The notes below the pieces were generated by a model. That model was not told where the DNA came from. It worked only from the letters and a program-made list of their open reading frames with translations, and searched no databases. 64,000 nt of DNA, from IMG/VR virus record IMGVR_UViG_3300027365_000010, positions 28,454-92,453 of that record; one strand, written 5' to 3'. This document shows positions 10,154 through 18,751 of this stretch, one piece after another. How positions within the stretch are numbered: position 1 is the stretch's first letter; the number at the start of each line of letters is the position of its first letter. The stretch is from a virus. Position numbers and translations under genes: made by a program.

Positions 10154-11025
10154 GTTTTATCCTTTAATTTAACTCGTTTCAAAATAGTTTGTTTAACATT
10201 ATCATAGACCTGATGTTTGTCAATGGTTCCCGAAATAGTGACATCTTCGCCTTCGTCAAGGCTCCAAGTATTCCCTGAATAAAATGTCACAATGAGATTT
10301 CCGCCTTCATCAATAAACTTGTAGAGATATTTCAACCCAAACCGGCCATCGATTGGGGTTTTACCCATAACATGAACCTTCGTAACCAGTTTATCCCCTA
10401 CTATTCCTACATATTCAGAGTTATCATAAGGTGATTCTGGGTATCCATTTTCTTGAACATAGTAATACAACGAGTTAATGCACATTAGGGTGATGTTAGT
10501 TGGGTACTGATATGGGCAATCAGGGTTTTTACTCAAAATATATTTAATATACTGTGGATCAATTTCCATCACTTCTGAAAATTCTTTGGAATGATATTTT
10601 CCAAATGTGAATTTGTTACTTTGAAAATGATCTTCAAAAATAATTACATTTTCTTCGATGATCCGATTACGTTCTTCCTCTTGACGAATTTCAGCTTGTT
10701 TAGCTTCCTCTTCCCGCTTCGCTTTGTCTTGTGCAATTTCTTCAGCGTTACGACGCTCAATCTCATTAAGCAAAACATCTGCATTGGTAGTGGACACAAA
10801 CTCAATGCCATGTTTGGATGCATAATCAACAGCCTTTTCGATAGCAGCTTCCTTATTAGTTGAAAGGTTTTTTACATAAAATGTATCCATATTGGTTTTC
10901 TGCATTCCATTTTTTGCAGTAACAACTTCTTTATGGATAACCCACAGGGTGTACATGGATTTCTTCTCACCATAGGAGATAAAAGCAGAACGTTCATTCA
11001 TATCCATCAGCATAATATACCCCAC
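10150..11025 (-). CDS. Hypothetical nucleic-acid-binding protein (FGKY motif plus C-terminal OB-like domain)
   Basis: FTFGKYHSK...DPQYIKYI motif; C-terminal beta-rich region ending GTIDKHQVYDNVKQTILKRVK; upstream TTGTAT-17-TATAAT promoter. Confidence 0.6.
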   Translation of the reverse strand: MGYIMLMDMNERSAFISYGEKKSMYTLWVIHKEVVTAKNGMQKTNMDTFYVKNLSTNKEAAIEKAVDYASKHGIEFVSTTNADVLLNEIERRNAEEIAQDKAKREEEAKQAEIRQEEERNRIIEENVIIFEDHFQSNKFTFGKYHSKEFSEVMEIDPQYIKYILSKNPDCPYQYPTNITLMCINSLYYYVQENGYPESPYDNSEYVGIVGDKLVTKVHVMGKTPIDGRFGLKYLYKFIDEGGNLIVTFYSGNTWSLDEGEDVTISGTIDKHQVYDNVKQTILKRVKLKDKT

Positions 11026-11074
11026 CTTTCAATTTATGATGTTCACATTATAACAAATGATGGATTCAAATACA

Positions 11075-11104
11075 AAAAAATCTCACCATATGGTGAGATT
11101 TTTT
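11075..11104. terminator. Bidirectional intrinsic terminator
   Basis: Perfect 30-bp palindrome AAAAAATCTCACCATATGGTGAGATTTTTT. Confidence 0.75.
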
Positions 11105-11185
11105 CAAAGAGTAGTTTCAGTGTCGGTTTTGTTCAGCCAATTGAAGTATTAGAAGGATGACACTACATAGCTCTTTTAAACTTAT

Positions 11186-11566
11186 TTATACCCGTGAGAA
11201 TAGATACTTAAGCTTTAGACGTTTAATACGATGAAGGAACTCGTCAATATCGTTACTATCGTTATCTTTATAACCAATCAGGAATACTTGATCCTTCATT
11301 TCATCTTCACTTTCAGCATTATGTTTGATGATATCAGACACACGTCGATATCCACTAACATAGGTATCCCAGTCTTTTTCCATAGTCCCAAGTGTCTTTT
11401 TAGCGGCAATGGAAATTCTCTGTATGTGTTGTTTCGAATAGAACCGAACTTCAATTACACCATCCCATCTATCACGGAACATCTTCTCTCGACTAAGACG
11501 CATTTTTACAACGTTGCCATCTTCGTCATATTCGATTTCATGTTCTAGATTTTTATCATCAGCCAT
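11186..11566 (-). CDS. Hypothetical protein
   Basis: 126-aa ORF, GAGG RBS, overlaps the upstream gene. Confidence 0.7.
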   Translation of the reverse strand: MADDKNLEHEIEYDEDGNVVKMRLSREKMFRDRWDGVIEVRFYSKQHIQRISIAAKKTLGTMEKDWDTYVSGYRRVSDIIKHNAESEDEMKDQVFLIGYKDNDSNDIDEFLHRIKRLKLKYLFSRV

Positions 11567-11900
11567 TGTTCACCTCGTCATTAATCATAGTCATACATTC
11601 TTTAAAGAATATACCAGACTGTTTTTCAATACTCAAGTCTTTATTTGCGTATACACTACTTACCATTTTTTTATAAAAATCGTAAACTTCTTGAGTATTT
11701 GCATAGCTACCTACAAATGATAATACTTTACCTTTTGGATAGTAATGGCGCAATCTATGTATTTCTAGAAATATTTCATCTGAAATAAGAGTACAACTAA
11801 TAAACTTTTTGTTAAACTCTTCCTTCCCAGCTTCTGGTATTTGCGAGGGATATGCATTAAAACTAAAGAAGAATAGTGCAGCTATTAAGAAATATTTCAT
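11559..11900 (-). CDS. Hypothetical exported protein
   Basis: Signal-peptide-like N-terminus MKYFLIAALFFFSFNAYP. Confidence 0.65.
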   Translation of the reverse strand: MKYFLIAALFFFSFNAYPSQIPEAGKEEFNKKFISCTLISDEIFLEIHRLRHYYPKGKVLSFVGSYANTQEVYDFYKKMVSSVYANKDLSIEKQSGIFFKECMTMINDEVNNG

Positions 11901-11938
11901 AATATTGAAACGGGGCGTATCACCCCGTTCTCCCCTAT

Positions 11939-12247
11939 TTACTTACCTTGATTTTCAAGAGTTACGAGTTTGATTTGCATGAAATCTTCTGGGAAGAAAT
12001 TGGTTGTATAGAAGATAGCATGCTTCTTTGTAACACTGTTGTACACGCCAAACGTTTCCAGTGTTCCAGTTTTCTTGCTCTTATGGAAGCATTTATAGAC
12101 TCGACTGTTATCAGCATGGAGGTTGATAAAGTCCAGTGCTTCTAGGACCAGCGAATCCAGCGGCATACGATTTTCGTTTTGTTGACGAAAGCCGCGCTGA
12201 TTACGTGGGTTGCGTTGACGGTTACGATTTTGATTTTGTTGTGTCAT
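11939..12247 (-). CDS. Hypothetical protein with Q/N/R-rich N-terminus
   Basis: GAGG RBS, upstream TTGACA promoter at about 12312-12339, downstream hairpin at about 11909-11929. Confidence 0.75.
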   Translation of the reverse strand: MTQQNQNRNRQRNPRNQRGFRQQNENRMPLDSLVLEALDFINLHADNSRVYKCFHKSKKTGTLETFGVYNSVTKKHAIFYTTNFFPEDFMQIKLVTLENQGK

Positions 12248-12355
12248 AAAAAATCCTCAATAGGAGTTAGTTAGTTTTAGTTTACTTAGATCGCTCATCG
12301 ATCTGTTACCTAGAATACCATTTTCAGAATCTTTGTCAACACATCAAAATAAAAT

Positions 12356-13252
12356 TTATATTGGTTGAATATCAACAACTTTGAAGTACGTATTACCGAT
12401 CAAAATTTCGTCACCATGTGTGATGTTTTCAATGGTTGTCTTTATATCGTTCACTGTGAACATGTACGTCTCAGGAACATCAACATAATAATCGTCTTCA
12501 AAAATTACCCTAAGCATTGGCTGTTTTTTGAATTCTATAAACTCGTCGCCGTTAAGCTCGGTGTACAACGCTTCCAACGCAATGTCTTTTTCTTCTTTTG
12601 TTTCCTTGTCTCTAACACGGACCATAGTACCTGCATCTAAACAATACAGTAGTGATATTGAAAGTCCACGACCAGTATTTTCAGTTGTAGTCTGTGCAAC
12701 AATAGACGACTTATTGTCAAATACTATGCGTCCACTCGCATAGGTGGTAACACCACAACGAATGTGATCAGGGCATTCCTCATATGCATAGCGTATCCGA
12801 TCCATGATTTCGGCAGCACCAGTGCCTTTATGAGCCGCTACAAGGATGTTTGTATCTCTTACGAACATCGCATACCATAATAGATATAACGCTGCACAGG
12901 CGGTATTATGACTTACTATACCATTACTGTAGTACTGTTGTGAATGATCATTGACTTGAATATCATACATAGTTTCTGAGTACCCTAAACTTTCGACTCT
13001 TGTCACAGACTCTAATCCATTATCGGTAAGAATGTGATCACCTACACTTATGTTTTTCACGAACGTTTCAATGCAACCATCTTTGATCACTATGTGATCA
13101 TCTGCACATTTTAAACTAAAATTTTCAGTACAGATCTCCCATACCTCAAACTCAATGGTCGTATGTAAGCTCATTATATCTTTATATCCATTGGGAGTTA
13201 ACACTTCCCAATCATCAACGATGATTGAATCCGTTATTTTCTTCTCACTCAT
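12356..13252 (-). CDS. Terminase large subunit middle fragment flanked by split-intein halves (IntC-TerL segment-IntN)
   Basis: aa1-116 Hint C-part ending SHN followed by T; aa117-203 align with the T4 gp17 region between Walker A and Walker B (ILVAAHK...AAEIMDR...FDNKSSI...GRGLSISLLY); aa204 onward begins with intein block A CLDAGTMV. Confidence 0.9.
   Translation of the reverse strand: MSEKKITDSIIVDDWEVLTPNGYKDIMSLHTTIEFEVWEICTENFSLKCADDHIVIKDGCIETFVKNISVGDHILTDNGLESVTRVESLGYSETMYDIQVNDHSQQYYSNGIVSHNTACAALYLLWYAMFVRDTNILVAAHKGTGAAEIMDRIRYAYEECPDHIRCGVTTYASGRIVFDNKSSIVAQTTTENTGRGLSISLLYCLDAGTMVRVRDKETKEEKDIALEALYTELNGDEFIEFKKQPMLRVIFEDDYYVDVPETYMFTVNDIKTTIENITHGDEILIGNTYFKVVDIQPI
12359..12643 (-). 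mobile_element. Split intein N-fragment
   Basis: Starts Cys1 CLDAGTMVRV...IALEALY directly after the Walker B hydrophobic strand; lacks blocks F/G and the terminal HN. Confidence 0.8.
12905..13252 (-). mobile_element. Split intein C-fragment (long IntC, atypical split)
   Basis: No block A; contains VLTPNGY, block B-like KCADDH, block F MYDIQV, block G YYSNGIVSHN, +1 Thr. Confidence 0.88.
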
Positions 13253-13274
13253 AATTTTACCTTTACTGTGTGAA

Positions 13275-13282
13275 TATTTATA
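13275..13282 (-). promoter_or_regulatory. T4-type late promoter for the split terminase fragment
   Basis: TATAAATA on the minus strand, 22 bp upstream of the ATG. Confidence 0.7.
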
Positions 13283-13335
13283 TCACAATACCTTACTACG
13301 TCAATAAATACTATAAAACAACAAAGGATAATAAC

Positions 13336-14094
13336 ATGCCCGAATCAAAAACTATGAAACAAGCCGTACAAGAGGTTCGTTTAACACTTGGCGATGGATT
13401 GGTTGATCTAGAACTTAGTAAAGAGCATATCAATTATGCATTAGATTTTGCAATGAAGGTGTACCGCCAACGAGCTTCTAATGCTACTGCGGAAACAGGT
13501 ACGATCTTTAAATATAAAAAATTCACACAACAATATGACTTGAGTGATACTGATATCGTTGACATCAAAGAAATAAAAAGAAACACAATAGGGTCAAGTG
13601 CAGCAACTGATTACACTCAAGATCCATTCTTGATGATGTATATGAACCAGATGATGCATGCTTTAAATCAAAATATGACATATGGAAGTATTGCCACGGT
13701 ACATATACAACATAACTATATCAAAACACTGGAACAGATTGTGGCTGGTCGCATAGACTATGCTTGGAATCCAAGCACAAAAATATTACAGATATTCAAT
13801 AAAATAGGACGTGATGAGGTATTTTTACTTGTTACTGAATCATATCGTAGCAATGATGAACTACTTAATGATGTTTATATTCGTCCATGGATTATCTCGT
13901 ATGCCGCAGCAAAGTCGAAGATGATGTTAGGTGAAGGTCGTTCTAAATTTCAGAACTTGGCAGGTCCGCAAGGTGGTGTTACACTCAATGGAAGCGAATT
14001 GAAACAAGAAGCTCAGACTGAATTGGAAAAGCTGGAAGAGCAGTTGAAAAATTCAGATACTGACGATGAAGGCTATAACATTTATTTTGGCTAA
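13336..14094 (+). CDS. Neck protein / head-tail adaptor (T4 gp13-like)
   Basis: LGDGLVDLEL N-terminus, WIISYAAAKSK...GEGRSKF...GPQGGVTLNG C-terminus; ATG after AAGGA RBS. Confidence 0.85.
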   Translation: MPESKTMKQAVQEVRLTLGDGLVDLELSKEHINYALDFAMKVYRQRASNATAETGTIFKYKKFTQQYDLSDTDIVDIKEIKRNTIGSSAATDYTQDPFLMMYMNQMMHALNQNMTYGSIATVHIQHNYIKTLEQIVAGRIDYAWNPSTKILQIFNKIGRDEVFLLVTESYRSNDELLNDVYIRPWIISYAAAKSKMMLGEGRSKFQNLAGPQGGVTLNGSELKQEAQTELEKLEEQLKNSDTDDEGYNIYFG

Positions 14095-14103
14095 GAAGGT
14101 ACT

Positions 14104-14529
14104 ATGATCAAGTGTGTAGGTTGTCTTATATATGATAAAGATAAAGATATGTTTCTTTTACAACAACGTTCCAAGAATTCATCCCATCCTTTAAAATGGG
14201 GATTTTGGGGCGGGAAACTTGAGAAAGGTGAGAACTTTGCTCAAGGGCTGAAACGTGAAATTAAGGAAGAGTTAGGAACCTACCCGGAGTTCGACAAACT
14301 ATTCCCACTTGATGTTTTTCTTAGCGATGATACAAAATTCATATATTACTCATTCGTCATGGTTGTAGACAAATTTGATGATTTCTGTATATCAAGTAAA
14401 GAAACAAACGACTTCATATGGTTGCCGTTAAACTGTATTGGTCGTATAGATATACATGAAGGGTTACGAAAAACTCTTAAAAATAAATACCATATTCTAG
14501 AAGATATAATTGGGAGATATAAACAATAA
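14104..14529 (+). CDS. Nudix hydrolase
   Basis: Nudix box GGKLEKGENFAQGLKREIKEELG. Confidence 0.9.
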   Translation: MIKCVGCLIYDKDKDMFLLQQRSKNSSHPLKWGFWGGKLEKGENFAQGLKREIKEELGTYPEFDKLFPLDVFLSDDTKFIYYSFVMVVDKFDDFCISSKETNDFIWLPLNCIGRIDIHEGLRKTLKNKYHILEDIIGRYKQ

Positions 14530-15320
14530 TGAAAATAAAAGACGTTCTAAATGAAGCGGTGGAAGTACATGGTAATGAACTAGTAGCTTACTGTATTGTA
14601 GTTGCGGAAGAATTTAAGAAACTACCATACCTTGACGAAGATGCATTACCATTATGGCAAGCCGTGGCTGAACATAATAATAAAATGTTATCAAAAATTC
14701 TAAAAAAGGTTAGGATCGAATATACCAGTCGTGATCCATATAAAACACAGAAAGATATGATGTACGATATCATCGTGAATAATCGTATGAAGATCTTTAA
14801 AACACCGTCGGACGAATCACATCCCGGTCTATCTGCTGTTGAAAATGACATTCTCCGAACTGTGCATGATTTTATAGGTCATCATCTTCCTAACGAAAAA
14901 GAGTTTGCTAAATTCTTAGCAAAAAATAACTTTGAAAAGAATCCCAACTATAAAACTTATCGCTTTAGTAAAAATAGCTTTACAGTACGAGGCGAAATGA
15001 ATACCTATCTGACGCATACTAAATTACTTCCTAAAAAGCTAAAGCCCGTGTTATTCACTGAAATAGTAGGGCAAATATGTACATACTTCGTGACCAATGA
15101 TTTCACTGATAACAAAGTAGCTGTAATGAAAGGTATCGACTTTGATAAAGTAGGTATGTTTACTGACAAGAATCTTACCATAAGGAAAGAGCGTTATCGA
15201 ACTATGCTTGATGATGATTCTATAGAAAAGTTCAAGACTGAATTGGGCGATTATGATAAATCAACGATAAGATGGAATCTTTTAAGTCGTGGAGAAGGAC
15301 AGGTAAGGAAGAGAGATTGA
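14529..15320 (+). CDS. Hypothetical protein, possible virion internal protein
   Basis: 263-aa ORF; MKIKDVLNE leader; RTVHDFIGH motif. Confidence 0.7.
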   Translation: MKIKDVLNEAVEVHGNELVAYCIVVAEEFKKLPYLDEDALPLWQAVAEHNNKMLSKILKKVRIEYTSRDPYKTQKDMMYDIIVNNRMKIFKTPSDESHPGLSAVENDILRTVHDFIGHHLPNEKEFAKFLAKNNFEKNPNYKTYRFSKNSFTVRGEMNTYLTHTKLLPKKLKPVLFTEIVGQICTYFVTNDFTDNKVAVMKGIDFDKVGMFTDKNLTIRKERYRTMLDDDSIEKFKTELGDYDKSTIRWNLLSRGEGQVRKRD

Positions 15321-15329
15321 CCCTCTTCC

Positions 15330-15584
15330 TTATTTTTTATTAATATCCTTGTTGTAGATCTCTTCTGCAAGATCGTCTTTGATTTTGAATAGGCTAAGTA
15401 CCGCGCTGATACTTTCCACCAAAACAACAAAAAGAACAAAGAATATACAAAATGCAAAATATCCAAGACCCATATCTTTAGGCTCACCCAGTGCTGTGTT
15501 AAATCCTTGAGAATCAAGCTTACTTAACACCACAAACACTAGCAGACCAGAAAGCATTAAAAATGTGAGTATTGGATATTCCAT
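15330..15584 (-). CDS. Small membrane protein
   Basis: Two hydrophobic segments. Confidence 0.6.
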   Translation of the reverse strand: MEYPILTFLMLSGLLVFVVLSKLDSQGFNTALGEPKDMGLGYFAFCIFFVLFVVLVESISAVLSLFKIKDDLAEEIYNKDINKK

Positions 15585-15599
15585 GTTACACCTGTATCG

Positions 15600-15956
15600 T
15601 TATTGTACTTGTACAACCAGTGAATTAAAGATACTTTCGAGATAAGCACGATGTGCTTTCGGGGCATCTTCACGATTCTTAACCATGTCAGTGATAATAG
15701 CAAAGTTGATATCACTAAAGGTAGAGCCTTCTTTGATGTCAACTACGTAGCTAACTTCACTTTCTCGTGCCACACGAATGCCTTCTTTTTTAATAAAGGT
15801 ATCACGTGGTGAACAATACGATACTTTATATTCAACTTGTGTCTCATTAAGTTTCTGAGAAACAATTGTGAAATTAACGTTTTTCCAGTGTTCCAGTGAA
15901 TTTCCAACTACGACACCACGGACATGGCGAATTTTCTCTTGATACGGCTTACTCAT
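15600..15956 (-). CDS. Hypothetical phage protein
   Basis: CSPRDTFIKKEG motif; AGGAG RBS; own promoter. Confidence 0.75.
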   Translation of the reverse strand: MSKPYQEKIRHVRGVVVGNSLEHWKNVNFTIVSQKLNETQVEYKVSYCSPRDTFIKKEGIRVARESEVSYVVDIKEGSTFSDINFAIITDMVKNREDAPKAHRAYLESIFNSLVVQVQ

Positions 15957-15986
15957 AAAACAATCTCCTAAGTGAATTCACTACAA

Positions 15987-16015
15987 ATTCTAAGTGATTC
16001 ACGACCGTATGTCAA
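15987..16015 (-). promoter_or_regulatory. Sigma70-type early promoter
   Basis: TTGACA-17 bp-TAGAAT. Confidence 0.75.
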
Positions 16016-16018
16016 GAC

Positions 16019-17425
16019 TTATTTCATTTTGAATAGATGCCAGCCGTCGATATTGGGACGCCTTGCCTTGAGGTTCGCATAAATCATAGCGATATTTTTT
16101 AGAACATCGACAGTGATCTTTCGGGGCATTGGCACATAGAACAATTGATTAAAATCATAATCCTTTTCGATCAGCTCATCGATCAATTGTACTGCTGGTG
16201 TAGGATTCGAGGCTAAGAACTCAACGAATTGATGAATGTAGATTTTATCAAAGTTTCCAAAATAACTAAGCAATGGTATATTGAGATTATATTGTCTACC
16301 AAAGCGCTGAATGATTGGGTAGAACTCATCAACTACACTAACAACATCATCATAGTGTTGGTCGAACAGTTTATACTCTCTTCGTTCACTATCCAGAAAT
16401 ATATCCCTATTGGTTGGTTTCCAGTCGTCATTGGGTACAACATGTGCCTTATACACATCGGCAATTTCATCTGATATCACATCAATATCCTGATCAACGT
16501 GAATGCGGTGAACTACAACGCCATATGGTGTATCAGCCTCTACAATATAATAAACGTTATCGTGTGTTTCACTTTCTTCTTCTTTTCCGAACGCAACCGT
16601 TATTACTATTTCAATACCATCAACTGTCCAAAAATAATAATCAAGGAAAATACTATAACTTGGATCAGAATTCAAATGGGTACCCAGACCTTGAGCGATT
16701 TCGCTTGCAATTCCTCTCATATATTTCGCGTCTCTAAAATATAAATGAGAGTTATCACTAGGAGCATCTATTTTATCCTTTGGGGTTTGTTCCATTAGCT
16801 CATAACGATCATTGACTCTGAACGTGTCATTTATTATAGCAACGGTACTGAAGTGTTTTGATATAAGGTTATTACCAGAATTCTCATTCTGTACTATTAC
16901 CGATATACCCATTTTCTTCATTCTCTTCTGTATAGTAGATGTACTTACTCGCGACAATTTCATCTCATTGTCCTTAATCTCTACGTCATTAAATAGTAGC
17001 TTGGAAAACATGTAACTTTCTATACTTGGATTGGAAGTTTTATAATTGTCGCTAAACTTACCTATCATGAAATCAAAGTCTTCCTTACCCAATCCTATTA
17101 CTTTACTCAACTCTTTAACATGCGAAAGCTTTGTCTTCGAAAGATAAAATATAGACCCATTGATCTGAATAACATTAAGAAATTTATACTCAGCGTAGTC
17201 AGTATATGATGCTTGATCATTTAACACTGATTTAATTGGGAATGCTACTGGAAGGTTGTTATTGGGATCAGTCTCTAAGTCACCGACCGATGAAATCTCT
17301 TCATTGGAAAATACCACAAAAAGGTTTCTTGAATAAATAAGATTATAGTCAGAAATAAAAGATTCAAATGTATCTGGGAATATATCAGACACCTTTGTTT
17401 CCACTAATAATTTTGATAGACGCAT
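16019..17425 (-). CDS. Hypothetical late protein
   Basis: 468-aa ORF; AAGGAG RBS; TATAAATA at 17446-17453 (-); MRLSKLLVE leader. Confidence 0.8.
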   Translation of the reverse strand: MRLSKLLVETKVSDIFPDTFESFISDYNLIYSRNLFVVFSNEEISSVGDLETDPNNNLPVAFPIKSVLNDQASYTDYAEYKFLNVIQINGSIFYLSKTKLSHVKELSKVIGLGKEDFDFMIGKFSDNYKTSNPSIESYMFSKLLFNDVEIKDNEMKLSRVSTSTIQKRMKKMGISVIVQNENSGNNLISKHFSTVAIINDTFRVNDRYELMEQTPKDKIDAPSDNSHLYFRDAKYMRGIASEIAQGLGTHLNSDPSYSIFLDYYFWTVDGIEIVITVAFGKEEESETHDNVYYIVEADTPYGVVVHRIHVDQDIDVISDEIADVYKAHVVPNDDWKPTNRDIFLDSERREYKLFDQHYDDVVSVVDEFYPIIQRFGRQYNLNIPLLSYFGNFDKIYIHQFVEFLASNPTPAVQLIDELIEKDYDFNQLFYVPMPRKITVDVLKNIAMIYANLKARRPNIDGWHLFKMK

Positions 17426-17456
17426 AGATTAATCTCCTTAACAATTATTTATAGGT

Positions 17457-18143
17457 ATGTATATGTTTGAAGACGATGAACCATTGATGGAAGAAAAAAT
17501 ACTGACAAATTGCGGTCCATATTTGAACTTACTCAAAGAATTATCAAGAAATGGTATTAAGAAGCCGTTGTTACGTGGCTCGGCAACACCATATGACAGT
17601 CTTACTAAATTAGCAGTCAAAGAACGTCCCAGTCCAATAAATACAGAACTCATTGATCACGAGATTTCAAATCAATGGTTCAAAGACAATTTCGGTATAG
17701 AGGCACGTAGCAAAACTGTATTCGTAACTACTAATCGTGGTCTAGCCAGTAGATACGGAGAGATACACTACATATTCCCTATTGGAAAGTTCAGCATTAT
17801 CAATAGTGAAAAGTATGCTGATTTATTTTTAAAATTTGGCTGGATGTCTAAAGTGAAAATCTTCAGAAGTATTTACGGTACACCAGAAGAATATCCTAAC
17901 ATTGAGACCTATGAAGAAGCCAAAAAGTTTCTTGATTCTCTTAAAGAAAAAGACCCTGAGAAATACGAAAAAATTATACATACAATACTTTCTAATGGGG
18001 AGTATAAGAAAAACAATTTTAAAGAAGCGTTTCGTAACGGAAACGAAATCATGCTCAAATGTAAATCATTCTATATTATAAAAGAAGATGAGCGCATTAA
18101 AGACTTTATAAATGACTTTATTTGGGATGATATATTTATTTAA
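17457..18143 (+). CDS. Hypothetical protein, ADP-ribosyltransferase-like motif order (paralogue family member 1)
   Basis: LLRG ... RSKTVFVTT ... YGEIHYIFPIG ... NEIML; similar to 40701-41435 and 47199-47993. Confidence 0.55.
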   Translation: MYMFEDDEPLMEEKILTNCGPYLNLLKELSRNGIKKPLLRGSATPYDSLTKLAVKERPSPINTELIDHEISNQWFKDNFGIEARSKTVFVTTNRGLASRYGEIHYIFPIGKFSIINSEKYADLFLKFGWMSKVKIFRSIYGTPEEYPNIETYEEAKKFLDSLKEKDPEKYEKIIHTILSNGEYKKNNFKEAFRNGNEIMLKCKSFYIIKEDERIKDFINDFIWDDIFI

Positions 18144-18154
18144 GGCACTAAGAC

Positions 18155-18694
18155 ATGTCATACGACAAAGATAAAGATTTACTTGATGAAATAAAAGACG
18201 AGCGCAACACCGAAAGCACTAAAGCAAGTCTTATTAGTTTGTTTGAAGGTGATAAAAATGCTGTATTTACACCAAGTACGGCAACTAGTGCTATTGGTGC
18301 GATAATTACAATTATCGTAGTTGGTACATTATGGTGGTCTAGTGTGAATGGTCGTTTGGACAATCTGGAAAACACACAGCGGGAGCATACTGCCTTCTAT
18401 GAAAATATAAGAGAGGAAGTCGATCTGAATAATAAAGCGATATACAAACATATTCGTGAATTGGAAAAAGCTATACAGGATTTGGAAAATACATATGATA
18501 CTGACAAAAGAATTGGCGATGCAGAACTACAGCAAAAGTTGTTGAATATAAACGTCCAGTTGAACGAGTTATCAAAAGACCTAAGTGAAGTATATCAAAA
18601 TAGACAAGACTATGAACTATATAAGAAAGATATAAATTATAGTTTAAAGCGCATGGAAGATCGTCTCAAACGCTTAGAATCTGATATAAAATAA
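18155..18694 (+). CDS. Single-TM coiled-coil protein
   Basis: Hydrophobic segment AIGAIITIIVVGTLWW followed by a heptad-rich C-terminus. Confidence 0.65.
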   Translation: MSYDKDKDLLDEIKDERNTESTKASLISLFEGDKNAVFTPSTATSAIGAIITIIVVGTLWWSSVNGRLDNLENTQREHTAFYENIREEVDLNNKAIYKHIRELEKAIQDLENTYDTDKRIGDAELQQKLLNINVQLNELSKDLSEVYQNRQDYELYKKDINYSLKRMEDRLKRLESDIK

Positions 18695-18751
18695 AAATAA
18701 GCATTTGAAGCATAAATAAGAATATAGATTACAAAATGGAGAGATTAATAT

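Noticed and set aside
12356-13252. Reading this ORF as an ordinary cis-splicing intein-containing gene or a broken pseudogene
   Set aside because: The intein blocks are in inverted order (F/G first, A last), the flanking DNA does not continue TerL as far as I can see, and the ORF has its own late promoter, RBS and clean stop.
18155-18694. Spanin or holin call for the TM/coiled-coil proteins (also 42251-42586)
   Set aside because: No lipoprotein o-spanin or endolysin nearby; topology alone is insufficient.
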